DNA from: Minutocellus sp. GHC0000111
Lineage: Eukaryota
Direction of reading: 5' to 3'
Length of the DNA: 64,000 bases
Assembly (NCBI GenBank): GCA_977018835.1
Contig: OZ361256.1
Location: forward strand, 2,294,001 to 2,358,000
The translations under genes were made by a program, and so were the position numbers. Positions 1 to 11,721 of the stretch are shown piece after piece. The notes below the pieces were generated by a model that did no database searches, was not told where the DNA came from, and saw only the letters and a list, made by a program, of their open reading frames with translations. Every line of letters begins with the position of its first letter. Positions within the stretch are counted from its first letter, which is position 1.

Positions 1-273
1 TCCGGATTGGCACAAACGAGGCTCATCGTTGCGTCTACTGACGAGGTTCAAAGTAGTAGAGGAGAACTTCGGTCAATAAATGCCGAGATTTTGGCGACAG
101 ATCATCGTGATCTTTGAATTCACGCTGGGGCCTTTTCTCAGGCTTAGGCTCATGTACTTTGTTATCCTCTAGTTCACCACAGGAGATCTTCATACATGTA
201 GGAAAACACTGACGCATTACCTACGTACGTAGCTACGTAGGTCCTTGCTAGCCAGCATTTTTCAACAAGCAAG

Positions 274-1020
274 ATGTTGACCGCCGCTACCGCTACCGTT
301 ACCGCTGCGCTCGCTTTATTGTCAGGCGAAGGACATGCATTCAATGCATCTCCTATTGCCACAAATGTTAGACGTGACACATTTTTGCACGCCACAACGG
401 ACACTCGGCGGAATTTCATAGCGCAAGCATCCGCTCTCGTTGGTGCGGCTACAATCGCCTCGCCAGCATTTGCCGAGGAGCACGAAATCACAGCATGTGT
501 GAAACCCGGCGGGGCCAAGGCTGGTGGTGGCGGAGGCACCGAAAAGGGCATCAATTGCGTATCGACCAAGAATATTAAGCAGGTCGATCTGTACAGTCCT
601 CCATGGACATTTGAAGTTTCTGCCGAGGAGGCATTCGCTCGTCTCAAGGGTGCCATCAGTGCTGAGCGTTCCATGGAGATCAAGGAAATTGATGCCGAGG
701 ATAAGTACATCAAGTTTGAGGTGTCTCGTGGATTGTCGAGGAATATTGGCGAATTGATCATCAAAGATGCCGATAAGGTTGTGACTTTCAAGGTGGAAGA
801 GGAGGTCGGCGGTGGCTCCTTTGCTGAACTTGGCGGGGTGAGGAGTGTTTTGGAGACTATCCGTAAGTCATCGGGAGTATTCGAGGTGATGGGAGGCGGT
901 ATGACAGCAGACTCCTACGGAGATGTTAGCGTGGGTCGTGGTGGCGGAGTCAAAGGCCAGTTGAAGGCATTTTGGGGCCTGCAGTCTGGTTCTGGCTATG
1001 AGGAGGTATTCGATGAGTAA
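274..1020 (+). CDS. Plastid/thylakoid-lumen targeted DUF1499-like protein
   Basis: Signal peptide ending GHA-F, Tat-like TRRNFIAQ motif, then NCVST...PPWTF...AFARLKGAI as seen in DUF1499 proteins. Confidence 0.65.
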   Translation: MLTAATATVTAALALLSGEGHAFNASPIATNVRRDTFLHATTDTRRNFIAQASALVGAATIASPAFAEEHEITACVKPGGAKAGGGGGTEKGINCVSTKNIKQVDLYSPPWTFEVSAEEAFARLKGAISAERSMEIKEIDAEDKYIKFEVSRGLSRNIGELIIKDADKVVTFKVEEEVGGGSFAELGGVRSVLETIRKSSGVFEVMGGGMTADSYGDVSVGRGGGVKGQLKAFWGLQSGSGYEEVFDE

Positions 1021-1079
1021 TTTAATGATAAATTTCTACGCAGCTGCGTGGCTGTTAGTTCATTTGCTCAACAAGCCCC

Positions 1080-2555
1080 TCATATTCTCGATTGGTACAC
1101 TCCAAGCAATACCAAGAGAAAAGCAAGGCCCACGGCTGAATACCCAATGCTAACCAAAATGAAGAATTGGTCCGGCTGCGACCAAATAAGGCCAAAGACA
1201 AAGTGCAATGCAAAGAAGAAGGCCTGAAGCGAATGCTGGGTCCCACCAAACACTCCACGGCATCTATCGGGGACTGTTTCCTGAATCAGCTGCGATACCG
1301 CCAAATCAAAAGACCACAGGCCAATTCTTGATATTGAAACTCCACACAGAAGCAATGCGAGAGCAACGGTTTGATTTGTCACAAATAAGGAGCCAAACGA
1401 TACACTGAGGCACCCGAAGAAGAATGCAATGCTGAGCATACTGGCTGTGGAGAGGTTGTGCTTTGAAGAGATACACCCAAAGACCTTCGTGCCAAAGATA
1501 CCCACGATGGAAGAAACACCTCGCCATATTCCCAGCGTATGCAGTGACATCCCACGCGAAACGAGATATGCAGTCATTAGCTCGCCGACACTCAGCACAT
1601 TGAGATAGAGCAACGCAAGTGCCAGCCCGCCCGCAGCAATATTTTGCTGAATATAGACGACCAAACCAGCAAAAAAACTGCAGTTCGCACAGTGTCGTTG
1701 CGCCCCATCTTGATTATCGTCTTGAGCTGCTTCATCATTCCAGCCAATCATCAGATCTGGTACCAGTGAGCAAACCTTGGTCAAACAACAATATTCAACA
1801 AAGAAGGAAAGAACATTGATTATTGCGACGGCAATTATTGCCGGCTGTAGGCGCTCTCCCACTGCCATGAGAAAGAAACCCGCTAATGTAGGCGATAGCA
1901 TCTTGGACCCGAGGTCAATCTGCCGTAATGCAATATTGAGCCTTGAAAGATGATTATCGCCACAACCACCTGCAATCACAACTACCCAATCTTTTTCAAT
2001 TGCAACTGTCGACGCTTCGCTGAAAAGTAATGAGAACCCGCCCAGCACATGGATGGCAACGAGGAGCAAAGTTGTGAGCGGGTCAAACGGATATCTGGCA
2101 GAAGTCGTATCATCGCCATCTTCGCCCTCATCCATCAACAGGGCGTAGCATGCCACTGTACAGACCAAGACACACCCGTATTGACCAATCAGTACTGCTC
2201 GAATGGAACGTAGCCGACGATTTCGGGCCGATTCAACGTCCAAATATCGACCGAAGTGCGAGCCCAAGGCAAACACCAAGAGGCCAGAGAAGAGACCGTA
2301 AGACGACACCAAAACAAGGCTGGCCTCGGGTAAGACAGCCTTGGTCAAGAATATTATGATTACGAATTGGAACACCTGTTCGGCGCAACGACTGAACAGA
2401 TGCGAAATGACAAGGGAAAGCCGCACGTTGGGTGCGACGGTTTTGGCATCGGCGTGTTCAATCTCGAGTGCCGCAGGGCATGCTCTCGTGGTATCTTCAT
2501 CTTCCCATGCATCTTCCTCAGAAGAATTGGCCACTTTGATGCCTTCTTTTAGCAT
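1080..2555 (-). CDS. FPN1: Ferroportin (SLC40/IREG family) iron exporter
   Basis: 491 aa, multi-TM; motifs SHLFSR, VAIEKDWVVVIA, LNIALRQIDL, LALLYLNVLS, SRIGLWSFDLAVSQLIQE. Confidence 0.92.
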   Translation of the reverse strand: MLKEGIKVANSSEEDAWEDEDTTRACPAALEIEHADAKTVAPNVRLSLVISHLFSRCAEQVFQFVIIIFLTKAVLPEASLVLVSSYGLFSGLLVFALGSHFGRYLDVESARNRRLRSIRAVLIGQYGCVLVCTVACYALLMDEGEDGDDTTSARYPFDPLTTLLLVAIHVLGGFSLLFSEASTVAIEKDWVVVIAGGCGDNHLSRLNIALRQIDLGSKMLSPTLAGFFLMAVGERLQPAIIAVAIINVLSFFVEYCCLTKVCSLVPDLMIGWNDEAAQDDNQDGAQRHCANCSFFAGLVVYIQQNIAAGGLALALLYLNVLSVGELMTAYLVSRGMSLHTLGIWRGVSSIVGIFGTKVFGCISSKHNLSTASMLSIAFFFGCLSVSFGSLFVTNQTVALALLLCGVSISRIGLWSFDLAVSQLIQETVPDRCRGVFGGTQHSLQAFFFALHFVFGLIWSQPDQFFILVSIGYSAVGLAFLLVLLGVYQSRI

Positions 2556-3079
2556 CGTACATCATCCAAAGGTCAAGGCTGCCGCCATGAAAAATGAAGT
2601 GATAAGCCCGCGCATGCGCGCAGGCGCATGCTTTCGATTTCGTCGCGATTCGACGATCGCCTTCGGTTTTCGTCTGGCCGCGCGCCCGGCCCGCCCCGCG
2701 CGACACGCGCCGACCCTGCTGACTCACACCAACACGCCGATCCGTTTTGCCTGCATACCCAGGCTCCTGGTCGTAGCCGCAAATTGAGTCACGCTACTTG
2801 TGCTGCTTCAATCCGTCATACTAATTGCACGAGAAAATGGCGCCAAAATGGGCACCACCGCTCCCTGGTATAGCGCGAGTACCATCAAGTAACTTTTGGT
2901 AGTAAACGCCTAGCTGCTAGTTCATACTATCGAGAACCACTGTGGCGGTTACTACCAAAATTCACTGAAATTGGAGCGATGTTTCTCTACTTTCCATTGA
3001 CCCCCTCTTGGCGCAACCCACCGACGGGAATGCGAGGATCGGCAGGGATCTGGAGGTGGATTGTTGTTAGTTCTATCAA

Positions 3080-4660
3080 CCCAACCGCCGATTTTATGTT
3101 TTGAATCGACCATAGTGGTATATAGGGCCGTAGAAAAAGCACCTATCGTTGAAACGAACACCAACTACTTCTAGCGTCGGTGCAGCAAAATTCTGTGTTG
3201 GTGGAGGTTGAATTTCGCCCCCCAATTTGAACGTATTGGTGCCGATGGTGTGGATATTAAAATATTTTCCATGGATCTGTCGGTTCAAACAGTTAGCTAC
3301 ATATATGAGGGCGTTGGGAGTTGCCTGTTGGTAAAAAGAAAGGGCCGGGAACATGTCTCCTAGGCGCATGTGGAACATCTTGGTGAAATGGGCTGGAGGT
3401 CGAGGCGCCTCAAGTCTGAGATGTAGAATTGATGCTGTTCGTCCCATGCATGCAAACTCGTGAACAATCCCATGCAGTTGCCTCCTGCAACTATGTATCT
3501 TTCGACTTTTGATAAGTTTCATTGGGTTACTGCGAGTGATGGACGTGGATTTATTGATTGCATTCAATTTTTATGGGTCTCTCAGCAAGATTGTAGGAGG
3601 TCAACCTTGCTCAGGGAGGATAGTGATAGATCGGCATACCGATGTAACCAAGAGTATTCTATTTGCTTTAGTTCTATTGTTTACATGCATAGGAAGTTAC
3701 TTTTAGGTAGATGGTGTATACTTGTCTACTCTGTGAAGCATAGTAGCCACAGGCATCAACAGTAGTTGCGACGAGGCTGCCGCAGGTCCCGACCTAACTC
3801 TCAGATGTAGCAACGTCTACAATAAGCCAAGTAAGTCATTCTACTACAGCTACTACCCATAGAATTCCACTAGATATATAACCTGATGCGGCTCTATGAG
3901 AGTGTTATCGAGTTCGTGATTATTTGTTGAGTTGTAAGCCCTGACTCTTCGTGGAGGTCGACGACCACCGAGATTTACGATAAAATCGTCGAATTTTCAC
4001 ATCGATTTACCTCCATTACTATCCACACCAGTACAAAGGACCTTCCATGAGCATAGAGATCTCTCGGCTATATCAAGGGGCGTTGTTTAATGCCCTTCCC
4101 ATGCAGTAGTTATAGTTGATTGTTGTTCAGTATCAATATTGGCATTTCGAATCTGCACCCTGCGAAATCTGCCGTCGCCCTCCACGAAACATTGCGATAC
4201 TCACAAAACCACCAATCTTTGCAGCAATGCCGCGAAACTTTCCATCAATGAGCCACCTTATATCATATGCAGGTGGGAATAAGGTACTTATGTGGTGAAT
4301 GGACGCGCATGGACCCAAACTATCGTCATGTTGGTAATTTTGACCTTCCAGAACGATAAAAGTTACCCTCCAAATACATCAACATGACATAGTTTGGCCG
4401 AACCATCGACCCAATTGCCAGAAAAATGCTATCGGACCTCAGCGTGGGTACATACCGTCCGAACGGAAGCCTCGCTATCGTCGATTTGGCGTAGATAGGT
4501 ATACCTATTGAGAAAGTAGTATCGCGGTGGAGAAGTTGAGGAGAATCTGGAAGTTCTGGTTTTGCTTGTCATTGTGTGATAATGCAACGGGTTCCAAACA
4601 CAAACTCAACAATCAACACATACTCTTCCATTCTTTAGTACATACCTTGGCAGGATTGAA
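3080..4660. repeat. Non-coding interspersed repeat, copy A (inverted relative to copy B at ~18580-20200)
   Basis: Colinear reverse-complement similarity to 18580-20200; 3910-3967 is the exact reverse complement of 19271-19328; ends approximate. Confidence 0.9.
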
Positions 4661-5506
4661 CGAGAATCAGTACCCCAGGGTTCAATTTCAAGAACTATTG
4701 TACCTCGTCTGATATTGGCGCCTGCCCCCATGCCTGAAAATTTCCAGCAAATCCACAAAGCCCCAACAAAATGATCAAGTTACTGACACCCAACCCGCCG
4801 AAGAAGCACGTCGATCGATCCAGTATTATTATAGAAGCGAAATATCAAAAGTTGTTATGTGCCTCATATCGGCTTGGTTCCCATCTATACCCATGTTGAC
4901 ATTGAGGACCGGTTTTGGGACAAAATCTGGTTGTGAATTTTTGTAGGGCGTCAGCGTTTTGCAACTGCTGTGCATGCAAATTCAACACTACTGCCGCACC
5001 GCCGCTCGACAATACTATCGGACTGATATTTCAAGTCGTCAAATGTTGACAATCTCTCATCAACTCGACGCCGACGCTACTTTTCTTTGCGATTTTGCCC
5101 GTCGTGGAGGTCGAGGTCGGCCAGTGACATGCGCCGAAAGTCGATTTTCGTCAATTTCAGGAGTGAGAGGCTCAGAATGACGACTCAATGGCCAAGTCAC
5201 ACATATAGAGAAGATGTTCTGAGGCGGGCATGGTGGTTGCGTACCATCTTGGGGGTCGTCTGGGCACATCATGTGTCGGCTTGGGGGAAATTGTGAAAAA
5301 TGGCACAGTCGAGAGAGAAGAAGTCGGGACGTGTCGGAATGACGTGGCACTACAAAAGATTAGGGAACCCCTATTACAAAAGATCGGCTTTTATTTTATT
5401 ACCAAAACGGACGCAAAAGCAGGCCGCGTGTTGGTGTGGACTCGCCTCGCTCTCTCGCCCGGCACAATCGAACAATACATAGGCCTAACGAGCGCAACCA
5501 GTCGCC

Positions 5507-6080
5507 ATGTCCGACGCCGACGTCTTTTACATGCGGTATTATGTAGGCCACAAGGATGGAGACTTCGAGTGGCGTGGCCCATTGTATCTCATTTGGTTGT
5601 TTTGTGTTTTCCTTTGTGCCAACGATGTTCGAATGTTCACTCCACGCCGCGCCGCTATGCACGCCAACTCATTGCTAATTCCCTCCTCGTTCCTTTCTCT
5701 TTCACCAGTTTGAGCTGTGCCCAAATGGTCGGTTAAGATATGCCAATTCAGCCAGATATAAGTACGCGGGAACTATTAGAAAAGAGGCATTCGTATCACC
5801 TGGTGTTTTGGACCAGGCGCGACGCATAATTGAAGAGAGCGGGATTATCGAGGTGGATCCGAAATCGTGGCCGCAAGCGACAGACCGGAAGCAGGAGTTA
5901 GAAGTCAAGATCGGCGAAAGGCACATGACCTTTGCATGTGCAGAGATCGGCAGTTTGTTGGACGTGCAGAAGAGTGATGATCCCGAAGGGCTGAAGAATT
6001 TTTTTTATCTGGTGCAAGATCTAAAGACTTTGGTTTTCAGTTTGGTATCGCTGCATTTTCGCATCAGACCTTTGGGATAG
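5507..6080 (+). CDS. MAGO: Mago nashi (exon junction complex), 2 exons (5507-~5569, 5709-6080); splice donor appears damaged
   Basis: FYMRYYVGHK in exon 1; after acceptor ttcaccag: FELCPNGRLRYAN...IRKEAFVSP...QELEVKIG...DPEGLKNFFYLVQDLK...LHFRIRP. Confidence 0.92.
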
Positions 6081-6207
6081 GGATCATTTGAGGCTCGCTA
6101 GAAAGGTGTATGTGCATTGGTATGCTACCTCTTGCATTACTAGGTTCCTAGTCTAGACTTTTACTAGTACGATCGTAACGAACGAATCCAACACTTATCA
6201 TTTCTGC

Positions 6208-7060
6208 TTATTTCACGTCCTTGACACGAACATATACGGTGAGAGCAAGAACCACGAAGGCAAGTGCTCCGATGCACCACCAATACACATATGAGAGATC
6301 GGGAGTACCGAACTTGGCAGAGTATAGCTCAATGCCGCTGCCCACCTGCCAAAGACCGATAAACAAGAGAAAGTATCCAAGCATCTTGTGTAGGGTTTCC
6401 CACACCGTTCTGACGATTTTTGTCTTCTTAATTTCAGAGGGACTCAGCGATGCGCTCTTGTCGGTACTAGTTCCAGGTGGAGGGGGCGGGGGCGGCACCC
6501 AAGATACCTCAGTACCAAGCTCATCGTCCTGGTCAGGGTCTCCGTTGTAGTTCTGAAGCCCAAGCGCCGACAAACGCGAGGTTTTAGAAATGTCATCCTT
6601 GGGTGCAGCCGGAGGTCGGAAGAAACCATTCGTAGACTGGAAGGTAGCGAGAAGCATAATCGCCAAGCCCATAGCTTCATGTGTGCCCACAAAATGGGGT
6701 TTATTCTCATCGGAGACGAGGACAAGTGCGAGGGCAAATGAGACCACAGTCATTACGAATACCAGTACGTTCGCGTACATGTGGATCTTGAACCAAAGGC
6801 CGCCATAATTTGATAGCAACTTGCGCAGCCACGAGGAGGCAATGGCCGTTGGCGCCAACACTGCCCAAGCCAGCAGACCAAAGATCGCATGCGAGGTCCG
6901 CATACGGCGTCTGCTCTCGGCCGTGTACTTGTTTAAGGATGTGAAGGCGTCCTTGACAATCTCATCGGTGTCGCCGCTGCAGCAATTCAAGGTCAGGCGG
7001 AATGCGCCCGTCGCCTTGTGCAGATTCAAGTCGTTGGAATAGCCGTTGCCCGGGTCCCGT
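6208..7060 (-). pseudogene. 5'-truncated DOMON-cytochrome b561 (ferric reductase-like)
   Basis: cyt b561 His motifs SHAIFG, WFKIHM, THEAMG, LHKMLG; only the last DOMON strands (GNGYSNDLNLHKATGAFRL) remain; no ATG or signal peptide; next gene's stop is ~190 bp upstream. Confidence 0.7.
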
Positions 7061-7243
7061 CCCCTCTCATTTACTGCTTGTTTGCTTGTTTGACTGCATG
7101 TACCGATGGTGCATGCCGGTACTCGGGCAGCTGTACTCGGGTACCTATCTAGCCACAAGTAAGTCTATTAGATGTATGAGTGTGCGAAAAAGTGCTAGAC
7201 TACGTGTAGATCTACCGGTACCGATTTCTTTCATTTGCAAGAA

Positions 7244-8290
7244 TCAATCCTCCATCATGGCAACCTCGTCATCGTGATGCTCCTTATTGACCATTTCTGT
7301 GAGCCTCTCCAAAGATATTAAATCACCAAGTTCTCCACTTTCATCGTCTCTCGACCACGCCGACCTCAATATTTCACCATTCAATGAAAATCTCACAAAA
7401 TACTCCTTTTGAGGCTCCGGTGGACTCATATCTTCCACTTCAATCAGCTCTACCTTGATGTAGCTGGCATAGTGGAGCCACTGGCTCGGATTTTCGAGGT
7501 GAAACGCACAAATCAAGCCCATGAGTGTACTGTCGTGTGCGCTAAAGACTTGCAAGAGTGGTTCATCGTCGTCTGTTCCACTTCGAGGACAATTCTTGCT
7601 CCTTTGAAGGCCATTTACCATGTCTTGAACCATCTCATACATGGCCAACCGCGCAAGCCTTGGATTTCTCAAGTTCTCAAACCAACGCCACGCGGCGTGA
7701 CCAGAGATTGCCTCTTGGTCTGCATCGGTAATTTCCTCTGGCAGCATATCCCTTGCCTTGAGACAGGTGGTGATTTCTGCCAGCTGAGACCACGACAATG
7801 GTTTGGTTTGATGGGCATTGCCTGATAAATCGCCATTCTCCTCACCTACACCAAAAATGAACTTCTCATAATCGTCACCCAATGTATGGCGAATGGCATC
7901 AGTTGCTCTTACCGCCAAACCCTTCATCTCCTTCTCCTTCTCAGCGAGATGTGGTCGAGCGGCCAACATTTTTTCCAGATCAATCTGCTCCTGGGTCCTG
8001 CGAGGCTGAGGATCCGGTATCATTTCATTTGTCTTTCGCACGTCAATATCAATATGATGATCATCGGTGCCATCGGGAAAGAGGCCCACTAACAATCCCT
8101 GGACGCTCTGTACTGTACGAGGAAAGTTTGTGCTCGTTACCTTGATTCGTTGTGGATGAAGAGGTGCCTTTCCGTGAAACAATTTGCCTCCATGTATATG
8201 CTTGTTGCCGTGCTCATCTTCATGAATTTCGTGGCCCCCGGGCGCGCGGGAGTCCATAGGCCTACCAATAAAGAGGAGACTGGTACCGAC
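7244..8290 (-). pseudogene. Histidine acid phosphatase (branch 2), missing the N-terminal RHG catalytic motif
   Basis: STNFPRTVQSVQGLLVGLFP and FSAHDSTL motifs present; no RHGxRxP upstream before the neighbouring gene. Confidence 0.7.
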
Positions 8291-8405
8291 CTACAAGTAA
8301 GCAAGCGTGTGCAAGAGTGCAAGAGCAAAAGCAAGCAAGCAAGAAAAAGCAGACACAGTGATGGCAAATTGATACATGTATAATATACTGTAATAATCCT
8401 TGCTA

Positions 8406-10001
8406 TCATCCCGTTATCGTATATACCACTCTACCCCCACTGCTATTTCCGGCGTCTTCATTATTAGATCTATCTGCCGATAACCACCCATCTGGGATGG
8501 CGTCGCGAGGAATATCGGCCTTGAAAACGCCTCCCTGGCCAGAGACCTTGACCGGTCGCTTCAAATATTGGACTCGGCGAATCTCAGTTGCTCGTCGGCC
8601 ACTGTCCTCTCCAAAAGCACATACTTTTCTCTGAAAGTCTGGATCGGATCGTTCATCCAGAGTTGTGTCAAAAGTCTTACCGATCTCCAAAATGGCAACG
8701 GCCATTCCTCGTCCAAAGCCATTTGGCAGCGACTTTAAATCTTCAATCTCGGCATCGGATAGACCTCCACTTTTCATGACATCAATGTGGCGATCACCGT
8801 CGGGATATGTTCTTCGGCCAACATGCAGCAGAAATTTCGTGCCTTCCGAATATGGTACGAACATAGTTCCGTTTCTCGTTTCCAATGTTTTGTGCCCATT
8901 GGCCAGAAGCGCGGCAAAGGGTTGGTTCATCGAAAACACTCGCATATTCACAGTATCAGCACTCTCCTCGCTACTGCTGGAGCTCGATACACCGGCTCTC
9001 TCTACGTCCATTGCCATCTTCTTTCCAGTCTTGCGATCAGTACCAACCAAGAACGATATTTCGTCACCAACTTCAAGGAAATCAACGTTGCCCTTGCAAT
9101 TGCGAACATGCACAAACAAGTCTTTGGTACCACGCTTGCCATATCGAATGAAACCAAAGCCACGGTCCTCAAAGAACTTCACTACCTTTCCAGTGACCCT
9201 TTCATTGCTCGCTGGCCCATCTTCGTCAGCGGGTAGCTTGGTAACGGTACCATCGTGCTCAATGATTGTGCCGGCTTGACCGTCCCACTCTTTATACTTT
9301 TCAATTGCCGTATGGAACACGGCCTCGGTGTAGATTTCACCTGGCGTATGAGCGACCAACACGCCTAGTTGACTGACTGGGACGCAGTTACCATAACGTC
9401 CATCACGGGCATCATCAAAGAAGAGCATTTTCTCATACGGAATGCCACTTGCCTCTTGGAGGTTTCGAAAGTGCTTTTGTTTATCGCCAGGGAAGATCTC
9501 TACGTGATGAAAGAGGTCGCGAATGCCAAACTGATCCAGGAGATTATGCGCCCAGTCCACCGACTTGGTACGAGATGCAACTGCCAGTCTGACGTTGGAC
9601 CACTCTCCTCCATTCTCTCGATCGGTTCGAATTTGCTCCAACACTTGCTTCGTGCCGGGAAAGAGCTCGACATCCAGACCAGCCTTGGGCGTGCCGTTCT
9701 GACGAGCAATTTTGCGAAGCTGATACAGCTCTGGAGTCCACACAGTATTGTCAAGGTCCAGAACAACGAGGCCTGGGAGGGAGGCCAATGCGGACGACGA
9801 GCGTCTCTGGTGTTGTGCTGGATGGTTACCAGTAATGGTGTTTGTCAAGAGTGAGGAAGATACGGACAATGATCGTCGCTCGCGCTGATAAGCCGGAGAG
9901 ACGACATTCGTCGCCGGTGGAGCGAACGAAGATACCAGCAGCGCTGGGAGGGACAGTAGCGCTACAAGAGCGCACCGGGAGAGCGACGACGACCACGTCA
10001 T
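8406..10001 (-). CDS. Plastid-targeted fusion: MDP-1 type HAD phosphatase + cold-shock domain + ASCH domain
   Basis: Signal/transit VSS-FAPP; DLDNTVW, VASRT, MLFFDD (MDP-1); GKVVKFFEDRGFGFI...DLFVH (CSD); SMNQPFAALLANGHKTLETR (ASCH). Confidence 0.88.
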   Translation of the reverse strand: MTWSSSLSRCALVALLSLPALLVSSFAPPATNVVSPAYQRERRSLSVSSSLLTNTITGNHPAQHQRRSSSALASLPGLVVLDLDNTVWTPELYQLRKIARQNGTPKAGLDVELFPGTKQVLEQIRTDRENGGEWSNVRLAVASRTKSVDWAHNLLDQFGIRDLFHHVEIFPGDKQKHFRNLQEASGIPYEKMLFFDDARDGRYGNCVPVSQLGVLVAHTPGEIYTEAVFHTAIEKYKEWDGQAGTIIEHDGTVTKLPADEDGPASNERVTGKVVKFFEDRGFGFIRYGKRGTKDLFVHVRNCKGNVDFLEVGDEISFLVGTDRKTGKKMAMDVERAGVSSSSSSEESADTVNMRVFSMNQPFAALLANGHKTLETRNGTMFVPYSEGTKFLLHVGRRTYPDGDRHIDVMKSGGLSDAEIEDLKSLPNGFGRGMAVAILEIGKTFDTTLDERSDPDFQRKVCAFGEDSGRRATEIRRVQYLKRPVKVSGQGGVFKADIPRDAIPDGWLSADRSNNEDAGNSSGGRVVYTITG

Positions 10002-10205
10002 GGTTGGCTGTGGCAGAAAAATGACATGAGGTCTTTTGCTCGCATACTCTGAAACTCCTGGTCGCGCTTCTAAATAAATGTGCGTCAGCGGACCGGAAGG
10101 CGAGGAGCAAAAGAGCTTCGGGGAACGCGGAATGCAGTAGCCATGCATTTTTGCTCCATTACCATAGAATCCATCGAATAGCGCACTCTACTCCAGACTA
10201 AAAAG

Positions 10206-10994
10206 ATGAAGTTCACAAGCCAATTTGTATCCCTGCTAGTCCTCGCTTCGTCGAGTTCGGCCTTCATGCCGCAATCGCCAATCGCAAGGTCGGCAGGTCT
10301 CACTACCAATGCCAACACAAATAATAATGCGCCAGTTGCCTCAACAACCCTCTTCGCCAGTCTGCTCTCCTTGGAGCTGGAGAAGCCGCTCGGCATCCTC
10401 CTCGAGGAGGTCGAGGAAGGACAGCCCATGGGTGTCAAGGTGGAGGAGCTGTCCGATGCTGGAAGTGCCGCTGCATCCGAAGACGCCGGCAAGCTGGTCG
10501 GTCTGAAAGTATCCAGTGTAATGGGAGAGGACGTTACCGCCATTTCGTTTGATGATGTGATGGACAAGATTATCGATGCCCCCTCGCCGGTTCAGATTGC
10601 CTTTGAGGTGGAGGATGGTGCGGAAGATGCTGCAAGCGGAGAATCCGACGAGGCTGCAGAGGCGGCACCTGCCGAGCCGCAATTTGCAGTCGGTGAGACG
10701 GTGACCATTACCGTCATTCAGGATGGCGCCGAGACGCAGATTCAGGGCCGAGTGGGAGACAATCTCCGCAAAACGCTGCTCGACAATAAGAATGAGGTGT
10801 ACCGTGGACTTAAGCAAAAGCTGGGCAACTGCGGCGGTGCTGGTCAGTGCACGTTCTGTGCATGCGACTTTGTGGACTCACAGGGCTGGTCAGAACGATC
10901 GGACTACGAGGATGGACGTTTGGCCAAATCGCCCAATGCTCGCCTTGCCTGCCTGAACAACATTCAGGGACCTGCCACCATCAACATGGGATGA
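10206..10994 (+). CDS. Plastid-targeted PDZ-like + 2Fe-2S ferredoxin domain protein
   Basis: SSSA-FMP presequence; LEKPLGILLEE (PDZ-like); NCGGAGQCTFC...RLAC (2Fe-2S). Confidence 0.85.
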   Translation: MKFTSQFVSLLVLASSSSAFMPQSPIARSAGLTTNANTNNNAPVASTTLFASLLSLELEKPLGILLEEVEEGQPMGVKVEELSDAGSAAASEDAGKLVGLKVSSVMGEDVTAISFDDVMDKIIDAPSPVQIAFEVEDGAEDAASGESDEAAEAAPAEPQFAVGETVTITVIQDGAETQIQGRVGDNLRKTLLDNKNEVYRGLKQKLGNCGGAGQCTFCACDFVDSQGWSERSDYEDGRLAKSPNARLACLNNIQGPATINMG

Positions 10995-11180
10995 AGAATA
11001 TAGATGTATATCGTGCGAATTCGAGCTAGAGCTAAATAATTCAGTTGAAATATCCACTAGGCTCTTTCTCTTTGACGGCTCTTTCTCTTTGACGACGAAA
11101 AGGAGGCTCCTTGTACATCAAATTATGCTTCTTTCTATTTCTTTATTTTGCGACACACATGCAAGCAATGATGGGCATTC

Positions 11181-11721
11181 TCAAACAGAGCAGCCTGCAA
11201 TTCGGCGAATATTCCTACTGACTTTTGTGGGACTTCTTTTTCCAGCAACAAATTGTGTTCTCATGGCCACCGCCAGAAAAATCTAGGCCCTTATCCCAGT
11301 GAATCTCACAGTTTCCATCGTCGTCACTATGCTTCGGTGCTGTCCATTCGAACCTGTAGGCGTTGTATCAAGATGCGTAGTTGTGTGGTTATATCAGCGC
11401 AATGGCACATCAATATGTAACTCTTCGGGCAGTCATCAGCATGGTTGCTTCATCTGCACGCAGCCAAATCAACAAGAAACACACACGAGATTTGATCTTT
11501 TCCAGACCAAGACGTACTTACCCGTTGCAGTCGTCGTCATCATCGCATTCGTCAGCGCAGTCGAACAACGTACCATCGATGTAATCAGCGCTTCCATGAT
11601 CGTCGCCATCGCGACAGGCGGCCCCAACCTCACAATTGAAGTAGCGGAGGCCAAGCTGACCGTGGACCGCAACGGGAAGCAGACCAGCAAGGACTGCGAT
11701 GGTGAGAAGAGGGAACTTCAT
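11181..11721 (-). CDS. Small secreted Cys-rich PAN/Apple-like protein, 2 exons (11721-11522, 11353-11181)
   Basis: Signal peptide; GG|GTAAGT donor and ctacag| acceptor join in frame to give CADECDDDDDCNGFEW...NCEIH...TICCWKR. Confidence 0.7.

Noticed and set aside
35..217. 60-aa ORF at the window start
   Set aside because: Short, no motif, context cut by the window edge.
3094..4712. Short ORFs shared between repeat copies A and B
   Set aside because: Frames and stops are not conserved between copies; similarity is at the DNA level.
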